Of a stretch of DNA of 64,000 bases, positions 27,485 through 41,207 are shown piece by piece. The stretch covers positions 7,527,849-7,591,848 of the forward strand of contig CM082597.2 in NCBI GenBank assembly GCA_040954595.2, read 5' to 3'. The translations under genes and the position numbers were made by a program. The first letter of the stretch is position 1. Every line of letters starts with the position of its first letter. The notes under the pieces were generated by a model that saw nothing but the letters and a program-made list of their open reading frames with translations, was not told the origin of the DNA and ran no database searches. The DNA is from Balanoglossus misakiensis (Eukaryota; Animalia; Hemichordata).

Positions 27485-27616
27485 TTAAGCATGACTGACT
27501 CGCAGTACAATGAACATTGGGAGGGATATATGTGAACGGTTAATCCAATAGTGTTCATTAAGCTTCCAACGCCCCCTTTGTGTCGTGCTGAGAAGCAGTC
27601 ATCAGACAAGGCAACA

Positions 27617-30600
27617 ATGGTTCGGTTGATCGTTCTTGTATCGCTTATGATACTTTCTTGCAGAGAAACCAAATCAGGTATGTAAAAAAAACATTTTCGT
27701 TGTCTTTTTCTCCCATTTTACACATTTTTGATATAAATGTACCATAATTTCTACTCGTTTGACTGTTTTTTTTTGTATTTCAACTCATGTTTTTATTGAG
27801 ATGTCGCACCTATCCATTCCTGTTTGGTTTTGTATTGCGAGCTATTCAAACTCTCTACGAACAAATTTGGTTGATCACACTTCTGTTAACTGAATGACAT
27901 CATAGTTAAACTTGTGTAATTTGAAATGTAACTCCTATACGGGCAAAACCGTAATTCTATAAAATGCACACACTATTTTCTTGTTCGATACTTTTTTATG
28001 TATTTTGGTAATGTAGGAAGCAGAGCATAGCTATTGAGGGACTTTCGGTACACGTATTAAAAACTGCAAAGATGAGATGCATTATGTAATGCGCTATATA
28101 AGATATAAATACATCACCATCTGAAAGAAAATTTGTTGATTAGATGTCGTCAAATATTACTGATTTGTTACAGAGATTAGCAGCTTTTACATATCATGCA
28201 ATGATATGTAGAAAAGAAATTGAAAATGTACAATAATTGTACAACACACCGTTCATGTTATTCTACATGTGGATATATAGTGAATCAACGTTCGACCACA
28301 CACAACTTCGATCCCACTTCTATGATATGAGAGTAAAAATTCGCCCAAAATGAATAAATGGTAGAGACTGATTATTCATTTTGGCAAGTTTTTCACTCTT
28401 GTGTCTACAAACGGGATGGAAGTTGTGTGTGTTTGAACGTTGATTCACTATATATCCACATGTAGAATAACATGAACGGTGTGTTGTAAGTTGTATCAAA
28501 CATAATTAGGGACCGTTCAGTTTTTACGGCCGGGGGGGGGGGGGGGGGGTCACTTAAATTTTGAAGTCAAAAAGGGGGGGGGTCATCTGTTTTTTTTAAA
28601 CATTTAGGGGGGGTCACATACTTTTGCCACCGAACTTTTGCTTTTGCGTCCACAAAATTGCAGTTTCGCGCCCTTTATTTTACAAAATTTTCTCATGTGC
28701 GAGGGGGACACCCCCTCCCACACCCATCCCCTTCATTCTCCGCCACATTTCATCTATTGGCTGGTTTGTCTAGTGTACCAGGGCCGACTACTTGCCACCC
28801 GATGCGTACTTTGAGTGGAGTGGCAAAAGTAAAATTGGTCCTCCCCAATATTGAGTTAATTTGCTTTTGAGTTCGTTAAAATGCAACTTACAGCCCAATA
28901 TTTTTCAAAATTTTCTCCCACACCCACCCCCGCCCCTTTTTTTGTTTTACCAATCCTACTAGCCTAGTCCTAGCCGTATTTTGTCCGCTTTGCTTGTCAT
29001 TTTAATTTATTCATAATTCATTCTTATTGGAACGATATACTATTATATACTATTATTACTTTAAGAAATTTAGAATTGAGGTGTGGGAACCCTCATTCCC
29101 TATAATGCATACAGCTAATAGGATCAGGACGGAGATTGTTTTCGGCGTGGGGGGGGGGGGTCATCATATTTTTTGGCCTGTCAAAGGGGGGGGGGGGGTC
29201 ATCATTTTTTGGTCCTCGGTGAAGGGGGGGGGGGGGGGGTCGGCCTGATTTTGAAAACCCATGACACAAACTTGCCGACCCCCCCCCCCCCCAGCCGTAA
29301 AAACTGAATGGTCCCTTAATGGTAAAAAGGCAGCGAGAGAGAGACTTTGTCCCTTCGACAATTATAGGATCATGCAAGAATAACGTCTGGCTTACGAATA
29401 TGTGGCTCGGCTTGTTTTGTTCATGTGCCCTTCTCCTTTGTTTAATTGCATCACCATGCAGACGGTAGGCAATCCTTCATTCAACCAACCATAACTTTAA
29501 TTTAGATCAGCCAAATTAGATTTCAGAAACAAAGGTGTTTTGTGGATACATGAATCAACCGGAACACGATAAACTGGTCAATTATTTTGCACTAAAATAA
29601 CATATAGAGGAGATATGGCAACAGCGAAAAGCCCGTGTAAGAAATACCAGCAATCATTTGGGTGACGACAGACTATACAGTAAAACCTGTCTAAACCAAA
29701 CCCAGTCTAATCTTGAAACCTGTCTATACCAAACACCTTTTCCAGTCCCTTCGACATAGAGTCACATGTTAAAAGAACCTCTATAAACCGGACATCTCTG
29801 CAAACCGAACAGTTCCTTCAGTCCCTTTGGTGTTCGGTTTAGACAGGTTTTACTGTATTTATAGCTAATCAAGAAGATGACAGAGTAAGAAGGTCTGTCA
29901 GACTGGCTGCTTGCTGTCATAGACAAAGATAGATCGCGCATTTTCACGTGACTACAATGTCTAGCAGCTTTCACTTTCCATGCTATAAAAGTGGAAAAAG
30001 AGATAAATGATATTGATTTATTTTGAATGTTTGTAAATATTATTTTCCTATCATTTTTTCTGTATTTTGTCTGTATTTATTTGACTAAACTATGAAGTAT
30101 GTTGGGCCGATGGCCTAGCACAACTGAAGAAAGACCGCATTCCGCATTTCACATCTTCATGTTTCATGTGTCATCAACATCTTCATTTGATTGCCCTGGA
30201 GTGTGTTACATGGAAAGTATGCAAATGTGTCATCTGTAGAACATGTAGAACATGCAAATTCATGATTCAGACCAATGAACACAAATTAATCAACAAGGTG
30301 AATAACAAATCGCATCTTGTCATCAGCCAACTGACATGTAACACTCGCAATATCATTTATGCCATCGTCTGTATCAAATGCGACAAATTGTACATCGGGG
30401 AAACAAAACGGGAACTCCGTATCAGAATCAACGAACACCTTTACAGTATCCGTACACACAAAGACACTCTAGTCGCTCATCACTTCCATGAACCTGATCA
30501 CAACATTGACCATTTCCAATTCACTGGCCTATGCAAGGTATACTTGAGACACAACAAAGTATGCAAATGTGTCATTAGACAAGGCTGCCGGTATTTCTTG

Positions 30601-33600
30601 TATACAAGCAGTATTACATTCAGTGTCTGGTTGGCCTGGTCTCCATACCCAGTGTATGCGTTAATCCCGTGAGTCTATCTAAAACATACTGGGTATGGAT
30701 ACTAGACTAGTGTCTGGTTGAGAAGCCTGTCTTTCAACCTTCCTCTTATGAGTGGGTATTTCAAAGACATTCGTCGGTTTTAAATGACTATGGTATCAAA
30801 TTAACACCAGATAGCAATGGCATTACCACAACTCCAATTGATTCCTTAAAGGCACATAAGCTGCAACTGGATAAAAAATTAAAGTTTTAAATAATCTCAT
30901 ATATGCTTTTAATTATGTCTATTAAATGATATTTCATGATAATATATCAAGCTCAACACTTATTTATGACAAAATGGCCAAAAATTAAAGAAAAACGAAA
31001 ATTCCTGCAATTTAAAAAAAAGAGCAATATTGCAATGAAAAATGAAAATCTGATGTCTCAGTGGTGTACATTTACTTCCATGAGCTCAAGTGGATGAGAT
31101 CATGTTTTGTTTATGAAGTTTCATAACCTGAAATGCAACATTTTCATTGTTTCTTGCATTTTCCCACGGTGGCGGCCATAATTGCTTGCGGCAAAGCTTT
31201 ATTATTTATCTGGTTAAAACTTGCATATGCACTCATATTTAGGGTTTATAATGCTTGTGTATAGTTCACTGCCTTCATCTGCATGGACTAATGGTAGTGC
31301 AGTTTGAAACAAAAATTATGAAAATTATCCCAAAAGTTACAGCTTACGTGCCTTTAAAGCACCTAGCTCGTCTCACACGCATGTCCCAGCTGTAGCCGCT
31401 GGTTACAGACGTTTAGCGAACAGTCAATCCCATAAGTGCTCTGTCCTAACAACAGAGAAGATGGCGGCGACCATAATCTGTGTCGGAGATCGTGAAAAGA
31501 CACCAGCTTGGGTGAAAAGGAGTGACAAAACCAGAAGCTTCTTATACGGTGCGCATGAAATATGGAAGGAAGCGAAGGCAGTCCACTATTTGAATGGAAG
31601 TTACGTGCATGCGCGTAAGGGGATCTATTGCCTTTACACCGATAACATCATAATAGTAATACAAATGTTCCATAGCAGGTTTTAGCAAATGTATACTACA
31701 AGGCGCCTATGACAACGTTTGATCACTAAAGAAGTCAAAACAAATATGACATTCTCTGCAAACAAACCAAAAACAAGTGTAGCGTAATCCATACATTTGT
31801 GTTTTTTTTCAAAACTCCACATAACTCGCAAACGACACACTTAAAGCCTCTAGAGATGCCACATTTTGCATTATTTTCATGATGTTATTGATGCCTGATT
31901 GTGACTGCATGTTGCAATTTGAACACAATATGTATTAAAACGGTACCGCACCGATTTAATCGGCCTCCATACAAACAGTACGCAGCTGTCGTGGTATGCG
32001 TCGCCAAGAGATGACAAACTGATGCAAATGCAAGTAATATGGCTTAATGGTGAACATTTTACAGGATAGGGAATATATTTGAAGTATTTTATTGTGGAAA
32101 AATTATGTGAAATTTGTCAGCTCTGGAGGCTTTAAACACATACTAGCATTACTTGTGTGAAGCAAACTTTTTACATGTTGGAGTCTAAAGGCATGAATAT
32201 TTGATCACCAAATGCACCTCAGGCTATTTTGCTAACAACAATGGTGCCAAGAATAAATACACTATTAGGCAATTAGCCTGAGAATAACATTCAGGCACAT
32301 TGTCGACATAAATTAATATGGGTAGAAAGAGTGCGCCACCTATTGGACACTTAGGCTGCATTCACAAACACCTCTGGAGGGGGGGGGGGCGGGAGAATTG
32401 AGGGGGGGGGGATTTGAAAAAATTAAGGGTATGTAAGGGGGGATTTGAAATAATTTAGGGACTGAAAGGGGGGGTCTTGAAAACTTTGACGACTAAATAT
32501 TTATTTTGAGTCCACAAAAATGCAGTTTCGCGCCCTTAATTTTACAAAATGTTCTAATGTGTGAGGGGGACACACACACCCCACACCCGCCCCCTCCATT
32601 CATCAACACCTTTCAATCATTGACTGGTTTATCTAGTGTCCCAGGTCAGGGGACTTGCCCCCACCCCATGATAACTTTGAGCGGCGACGGTTAAATTTGT
32701 CCTCCCAACATACCAGTAGTTGAGTTAATTTGCTTTTGCCGGGTTCATTAAAATGCAGCTTTGAGCTCTGTATTTTATAAAATTTTCTTTTTTAATTTTA
32801 ATTTTAATTTTCTTTTTCTCAAACCCACCCCCTTCAATTCTCGGTGTACAATGTCTCCCAAAACAGAATACAAAATTAAAGCCCCAGTATTTCTCGTGTG
32901 TATCCATTTTTCATCTTCGAAAAATGCCCGTTTTTCCTGTACATTCATCATGGAATACTACATAATGAAGATAGAAGAAAGGTTTGGGCAACTGTAGCTA
33001 CATGCAAGCTGTAAATATTGCCCGTAACACTTGAAATGATGCGCGGGTTTAATTTGTTTACAACGGAAATGTTGTACATGTCGATCAGCAAACGTGCCAC
33101 TTTGACATTTGATGGTCAGACCATTTTCGGATTTGATCTGGTTCCATCGACTGATTTCTCCCATAAAGTTATCTTCCCAAAATTTCGCCGAATTACTGCG
33201 CATTTCTTCGCTGAGTCGCTTGATTTGGGGCGACCAAACCTCTTCCGCATAGATTCACATTTGAGTGCGCATGCGCACTAGTCACGTGTGTCAACATTAG
33301 CCTGACTCACGTGACTTTCTGTCCGGACAGAAAGTCATTCTTCACTCGTTATATTGTAAATTGTATGAGTTTATGAGCAGAGCTGGGGATGATGACTGTT
33401 CGATTCAGTATCAATTATCATCTACTTTTAGAAATTATAGATGCCGTTTCAAACAAAATTTTGCCCCTACGAGAAATACTGAGGCTTTAATACTTAAAAA
33501 ATAAAAACAATGTTCAGTTTTAATACCCACTGATGAGGGGAAACATCAGTTTCAAATTCTTTTCATGGGAACGCTGTTTCTCTTTTTTACAAGATAGATC

Positions 33601-36600
33601 TGTGTTTTGCTCTGTGAAAGAAAATGGGGGGGGGGGGATTTCAAAATTTTGGCAGTACGGAAGGGGGGGATTTGAAAATATTTCGGGGGGCATGTGAAAA
33701 TTAGCGGTAAAAAAAATTGAATTCTCCCGCCCCCCACCCCCCTCCAGAGGTGTTTGTGAATGCAGCCTTACTTCTATATTCACATGAAGCTGAGGATCAT
33801 ACAATCTATTCACAGATCTGGACAAAAATGATCACTGAGTATTAAATTAATAACTTATATCGCAGATCTGTGACACGTTCCTCTAAATCTATCTAATTAT
33901 CTCTATCACATCTATCCAATTGACTTGGACATTTAAAGAGACAACTGAAAACGAGGGCTCAGCAAGTTACCTTAATTGAAATATATACTATAGCAGTGTG
34001 ACAACATGGAAGATTTCAACTTTTAAATCATAAACTTCGAGTATTTACTGGGAGGTACAGATATGTATATTATTGTGGCATTAATACCTTGTTGAATGAA
34101 AAAAATCAATGTGCACATTGACCCATCCTTTAACCAAATTACTCAACCACCAATCAATCCATTTCACCAAACCACCTATATTGTCTGTCGTTTAATCTTT
34201 TTTGCCTGCCATTGTTGAAAAGAGGTCTTCAGTATAACCAAATAATGATTCACTCTGCTTTATTGCCACAGCTTGCAACTTGGAGTATGGAATTGCCAGG
34301 CCGGGAAATGGTTTTACAAATGGTTATACCTATGTCAAAAACAGCACCACTGAATGTTGTGAGGATTGCATGAGCAAGAGTCGGTGTGTCGCTTGGACTT
34401 TCAGGAATGGACAAGAATGTTGGTTAAAGTATGCAGTTCCAAAAAGAAGAAAACAAATTTCACTAGCAATATCAGGAATCATCCCAAGACCAGGTAAAAT
34501 CGTGTGTGGCAGTTTCTGATCAATCCAGGTGTTACAGAGTATGAAAGGGACATTGAAATGCCCGACCCCTTGATTTGAACTACAGTAAAACCTGTCCAAA
34601 CCGAACACCAAAGGGACTGAAGAAATTGTTCGGTTTGCAGAGATGTCCGGTTTATAGAGGTTCTTTTAACATGTGGCTCTATGTCGAAGGGACTGGAAAA
34701 GGTGTTCGGTATAGACAGGTTTCAAGATTAGACTGGGTTTGGTTTAGACAGGTTTTACTGTATTACTAAACAGATGTTGTAGAACCAATGATGAAAAGCA
34801 GACAAGATGAAAGTTTATGGCCATATCAAATTATTTAAAGATAAATTAAATGTAATGTATTGTCTCTTCCACCTCATGCTCCTGACATGTGATTATTTTG
34901 CGAGACAAAGTCATGCCACGTCATATGATATGAGTGATGTGCATTGTATTTCAATTTAGTAGCTTGATTTAATATAAATTTAAAATTATGCATACATACA
35001 TTTTGTGACATCACATACTAAAGCACAGAAAAATGTCATATTTCTTTCTATGTGAAAAGAAATATAAAAATAATTATGGTTTACTCATATGGTACAGACA
35101 GAGTGCACTCAACGTATTGCGAATGAGCAGACTGCAGAATTTTCTTTTTTTTCTTTTCAGCTTGCAACTGCACTAATAACTTCATCCAGAATTCCGAAAG
35201 AGTGAAATGTGGTTGGGATGGTATCACAATTCAGCAGTGTTATGAGAGAGGATGCTGCTATGACCCGGATGTCTCCCCACCTGTTCCTATTTGCTACCGT
35301 AAGTTTTGTATTTTGGAATGACTCACAAAGCCTGTGTTTGACTTAAAAGGGACAAAGTCTCTCTCTCGCTGCCTCTTTTCCATTTCTTATGTTTGATACA
35401 AGACATTGTTTATGTTATTGGATATATAGTGAATCAATGTTTGACAACACGCAAATTTCATCCCGTTTGTTGGATATATTAGCAAAAACCTCGCCAAAAT
35501 GAATAAATGGTAGAGACTAATTATTCATTTACTTGAGTTTTTCACTCTCGTGTCTATAAGTGGGGTGGAAGGTGTGACACATTTTAGATAGCTCATTAGT
35601 AAACTTAAACTTAAAGCCTATAGAGCTGCCACTTTTTGCATTGTTTTCATGGTTTTATTTTCCAACTTAAATTGGTCCATCTAAATATTAGCTTACCTTA
35701 TCGTTGCCCGATTGTGACTGCATGTTGCAATTTCAACATGCTATGTATTAAAACGGTGCTGCACTGATTTGTAATCAGCCTCCATACAAACAGTACGCAG
35801 CTGTCGTGGTATGTTTCGCCAAGAGATGACAAACTGATGCAATTATACAAGTAATATGACTCAATGGCGAGGATTTTAGAGGATAGGGAATATATTTGAA
35901 GTATTTGATTGTGGAAAAAAATATGTGAAATTTGGCAGCTATAGGGGTTTTAACGGCCCAATTCACCTGTGCAGATATCGACCTACTGGGCTATGGATGC
36001 TGGAGTGATCCTTCAGGACACGCGACGATACCATCATTAGAACACCAAGACGCCAGACTGGATGGTGAGTATTCCTCCAGAACCGACGCATTAGAGAAGT
36101 GCAGGGATGTTGCCAAGTCTCGAGGCTTCACAATGTTTGCCCTACAAAATGGCGGATTGTGTGCATCCAGTGCCGATGCAGAAGATACATACAGCATTTA
36201 TGGTCCGTCCGGTAATTGTGCATCCGCTGAAGGAGGGGTAAGGGCCAACATGGTGTACAAAATAACCACAGGTAAGTAGCCTATTTTATGAATCATCACA
36301 AGATTGCATGATGATTTTGTTGGGAACTATTCCATTTTATTCGGGGGGGGAGCATTAAGTGCAGAGGAAATAATTTGCATAACTTATGCATATAATTTGC
36401 ATACTCATTCAATCTTGGTAGAAGAAGCTGTTATACAGTAAATAATGTAATACATTATACCGTTACAAATTTATTAAACAATGTAGATTTAACGCTGACT
36501 GACACATGACACACGGATATATATGAAAATGTACATCGACGAATGGATTTTGCCGTAAATGAATTATTTGTTATTTATCTCTCAATTTTCTGCATTTTCA

Positions 36601-39600
36601 AACTTGAAATACTTGAACACAAAATAGTTCATGACTAGACAAGTCTTCAACACAAGTTATATTGAAGTGTTACGAGTGACAAGTCTAAATATCAACATGT
36701 CGGACAATATACTAGGCTATATTTTACTGCATGATAACAATATTCCTTATGCTTGATTCATTGTAGCTACTGAAATGCTGGAGTTTCAGAGCCAGGATAC
36801 AAAAGCCGATTTGGCAGCATCTGTATCTAATCTAACTGCTCTGACTGTCTGTGTGTGGATTCAGACAAACGACACAAGAGCAACCCAAGGTATCTTCAGC
36901 TATGCAACTTATGACACAGTGAGGGAAATTATTGTTCATACTGTCAACGGGTTCATGAGTCTCTACCTAATGGACGAACAGACCACTTCATCTGTGAGAG
37001 TCAATAATGGTGACTGGAATCACGTTTGCTATGCGTGGTCTTCCACCGACGGCAGACTTCATTTCTACCACAACGGCATTGTCATAACAACCACGATGTC
37101 TAACGCAGGGCAGACTATTCCTGGTGATGGTGTCTTGGCATTAGGACAGTATCTGACGCAAATCAACCAGGACTTACCAGATGGTGGATTCATCGGTAAA
37201 ATGACAGAATTTAACCTGTGGTCCAGAGCTCTGGCTAGTGACGACATTGCACAAGTTCATGGCCATTCTATGAGCGGTGACATCTACAATTGGGATTATA
37301 CATTCCCTATTGTAGAGGGCGACACAAGATGTGAGTATTCTTATATTCCTGTCCTCAAAAGATGTTCTCACTTGCGAGTTGTGTCTCTGGCATTGTGGCT
37401 TCTGGCAATGTCTGGCTATTGAGAATGTGATCACACGCAAACATTAGCAAACTATAAACGATAAAGACGTTCTTAACACGTCCCGCCGCCCATTACAACT
37501 GAAACAATAAGAACTGACCGTCTAAATTGCCAATTTTCCTGCGGAAATGTCACAGACCGCCAAAAAATCAGGTGCTTGGCCTGGCTAAATGTTCAGGGTC
37601 CGTACCAAAGCGTACGGATAATCCGAAATCCGGATAATCGGTGTTCGGATAATTGGCGTTCGACTGTAGAGGGAGCCACAATCTTGTCCAGACCTTTGTC
37701 GTTCGGTAGCATACTTTGCATTACAGCGCTGCTCGGCTGGAAATCACGAATCTCGAAATGATCTGTCAAGTATCACGTGAGGACACACAAATTGCTAATC
37801 ATATCTGGTCATATGATGAATGGGCTCACAATCACTTTTGTCAAAAGGCAAATGACAACTCGGAGTGTTTTTCCAGTTCTTTAAAGCGCCTAGCTCGTCT
37901 CACCCGCATGCGCGTAACTTAGCCAGCAAATGTTTTTCCGTTCGATGCATTCAAATAGTGGACTGCCTTCGCTTCCTTACATATTTCATGCGTACCGTAC
38001 AAGTAGATTCTGGTTTTGTCACCCCCTTTCACCCAAGCTGGTGTCTTTTCCCGATCTCCGACACAGATTATGGTCGCCGCCATCTTCTATGTTGTTAGGA
38101 CAGAGCACTGCCTTATGAGATTGACTGTTCACTAAACATCTGTAACCAGCGGCTACAGTTGGAACATGCGTCTGAGATGAGCTGGGCGCTTTAATGAGTT
38201 TTAGATTGGGCGTTTTATCCTAAGATTACTGTTGTTACACATGATAATATGTTATCTCACAATAGGCATGATAATCCCACCAATCAAGTGCCCAGGAGAT
38301 ATTGTAACAAACACGGACACTGGACAGAACACAGCTAATGTGACTTGGACCTGGCCAGATGCAGATGACATCACGTTGTCTGGCAGCCATGAACCCGGGA
38401 GCCACTTCCCTATTGGAACATCAATTGTGACGATTGTTTATGGAAACACTCTGAAGCCATTTGCATGGTGTGACATTTATGTCACTGTTGCAGGTGTGTG
38501 TTTGTTTTGATCTTCGTTTAGTCTGAGGACATTGTGGGTCGTTGAGGAGTCTGCTAATTTCAGTAATGTGTCGTGAAATTTAACCCTAACGCTGCCAAGT
38601 CAGTTGAAACTGGTTTGATTTCCAGGGTGCCTAGAATCCTGGCTCCCTGGCCTGTTAGACTGTTAATCAGTAGGGCCTATACAAGACCCTCAGACCAATA
38701 CAGTGCAAACCAGTGCGATTTGGAACATTTTACAGGGGGCTCAGACTGCCAAGTGTGTCTAAGTATGTATGAGAGCCATGTCAAGACAGTCAAAAAACGT
38801 TTTAAAAGAAAAAGTGGCAAATACGTATTGACACTCTACACAGGTTTGACACCCACTTAGCATTAGGGTTAAATACATAGATAAGATGTAGTTCCTGTCT
38901 GGAACGGAAGAAGGCCCCTGATACAAGCACCGCATGAGTAAAAAGATACACTGGTTAAATGAGTAAAAGATCTATTGTGTATATTGCATTAGTAGCTGGT
39001 GTGATGTGTCTGAAAGAATTCACAGTTGAAGCCCAGTTTGTCCATAGACCTTATTTACTAATATAATGCAAGACTTCAAGTTAGACTTCTTTGAGGCCGG
39101 AAATTATAGTATATTTGATGTGATGGCGATCTACTTTTTTTTACCCTGAGAATGAAAGGTAGTGACGTGAAGCATGACTACGTTTTCTCCTTTCTTTCTA
39201 ATGTCTGTGTTTCAACAATGTGTACTTCATATTCTACAGACAACGAAAAACCCACCATCAACTGCCCGGAGGATATCAACACCACAGCGTATTTTGAACA
39301 TCCTTCAGCAAGTGTGACCTGGTCACTTCCTAATGCTACTGATAATTCCGGACATGTTAGCGTTTCCGGTTCCCAAGACCCAGGTAGTCATTTCACCCTG
39401 GGTGTTACAGTGGTGTCTTATGAAGCTGCAGACCTGTCTGGAAATACGGCAGTTTGTGATTTTACTGTTGAAGTCAAAGGTATGAGATTGAAAGTTATGA
39501 TTCTATTCTCTTGAGAAACCTTGTTTGAATTAAAGGTATACGGTCACCTTTGCAAACACCTATGCAAATTCAACCACAGTTACCATAGAAAGTTGAGATC

Positions 39601-41173
39601 TGGCCAATTGCAAGTCGGCCTGTGTAAATGTGTGTAACAAACGGTCAGACAACATCATATCCATATATGGGAATATGTAAATGCAGGGTGATTGTATACA
39701 TCTAATAACAGATAATGTTGTTTTGCACAGGTTGTCAGAATCTTGCTTCATTATTCACGGATGTTTTTACATTTCAATTTGTCACGTTCTCACATTGCAT
39801 GTTGTTTACTTGAAAATGAATGTTTCCGTTCTGTTGGTTATTTTGAAACTTTGCAATTTCTTCAATGTTTGATGATAGCGAAATATACTTTCTTCTAGAG
39901 TTAGACATACTACTTGTTATCAATCAACTTCCACAACTGTTAAGCTAAATTTTAAATTATATATTGTTTGGACAAATATTCATAAACTTACTTTTCTTGT
40001 TTCCAGGCCTAGTTACTCCGTTGGTTCAAAATTCAAATGGATCACAGGTGGACATATTGTTGGCTTCAGTAAGTAGCAATTATCTAGAAACATGCGTATA
40101 ATACATATGTTTGCTAGATATATGACTCCATGCACTTTTAGATAGACAACATTAAAATCAGTATCATCAGTCGGTATATTTAGAAACAACAATTACCATA
40201 ATTGAAATTTTTTTGTTAATTTTCCCATACACTAAATACGACTTACCGGGGCAAAGAAACCCTTAAACTGATATGTTAACATTATTGTTATTTTGAGATA
40301 CACAGAGATATGCGTTCCAAGGATTCTTGTAGTTTGGATTTCTTTAATTTAAGGGACAAAGTCTCTCTCTTGCTGCGCCCTTTCTCATTAATTATGTTTG
40401 ATACAAGACCCTGTTTACGTTAATGTACATGTGGATATATATTGAATCAACGTTCAACCACACACACCTTCCATCCCACTTGTAGACACGATAGTGAAAA
40501 ACTCACCAAAATGAATAATCGGTCTCTACCATTTATTCATTTTGGCCGAGTTTTTACTCTCATATCCTACAAATGGGATTGAAGTTGTGTGCAGTTGAAC
40601 GTTCATTCACTACATGTACACATGTACATTTACATAAACAGTGTCTTGTATCAAACAAAATTAATGGAAAATGGGCAGCGAGAGAGAGACTTTGTCCCTT
40701 TAATGTACAACGTTTTTTGGAATAATGTTTACTTTGTTTCTGACTAACAGGTGACCGAATACTTTGCTCATTTGTCCAGCACTATCTCTAAACTTGACAA
40801 AGCAGTAGTGTCCCCGGAAGAAAGTCGTTCTATCGCAAGAGGTGAGCAACGGAACACCGTATAGCAACATTTGTTTTTGTACCAGTCAGTGGATGGCAAC
40901 CTGTGATTGTTTTTGTAAAAAGTCAAGTGTTGTGTGTTATGTTGTTTGTATTGAGTGTTTCAATTGTACATTTGCCCACATGAAATATAATGATTTTTTA
41001 CAATACCCGGAAGGGAACTCATGAAAAACTCGAAATTTTATGGCATTCTTGCAATATTCCATACTGTTTATCATTGACCATTATCATGTTAATTGCCCTT
41101 CTCATTTCGAGGCTATATGTGTAAAACTTCACACAGTTCATCTAAGACAAACGGACAGACAGACAGACACACA

Positions 41174-41207
<34 letters not shown>

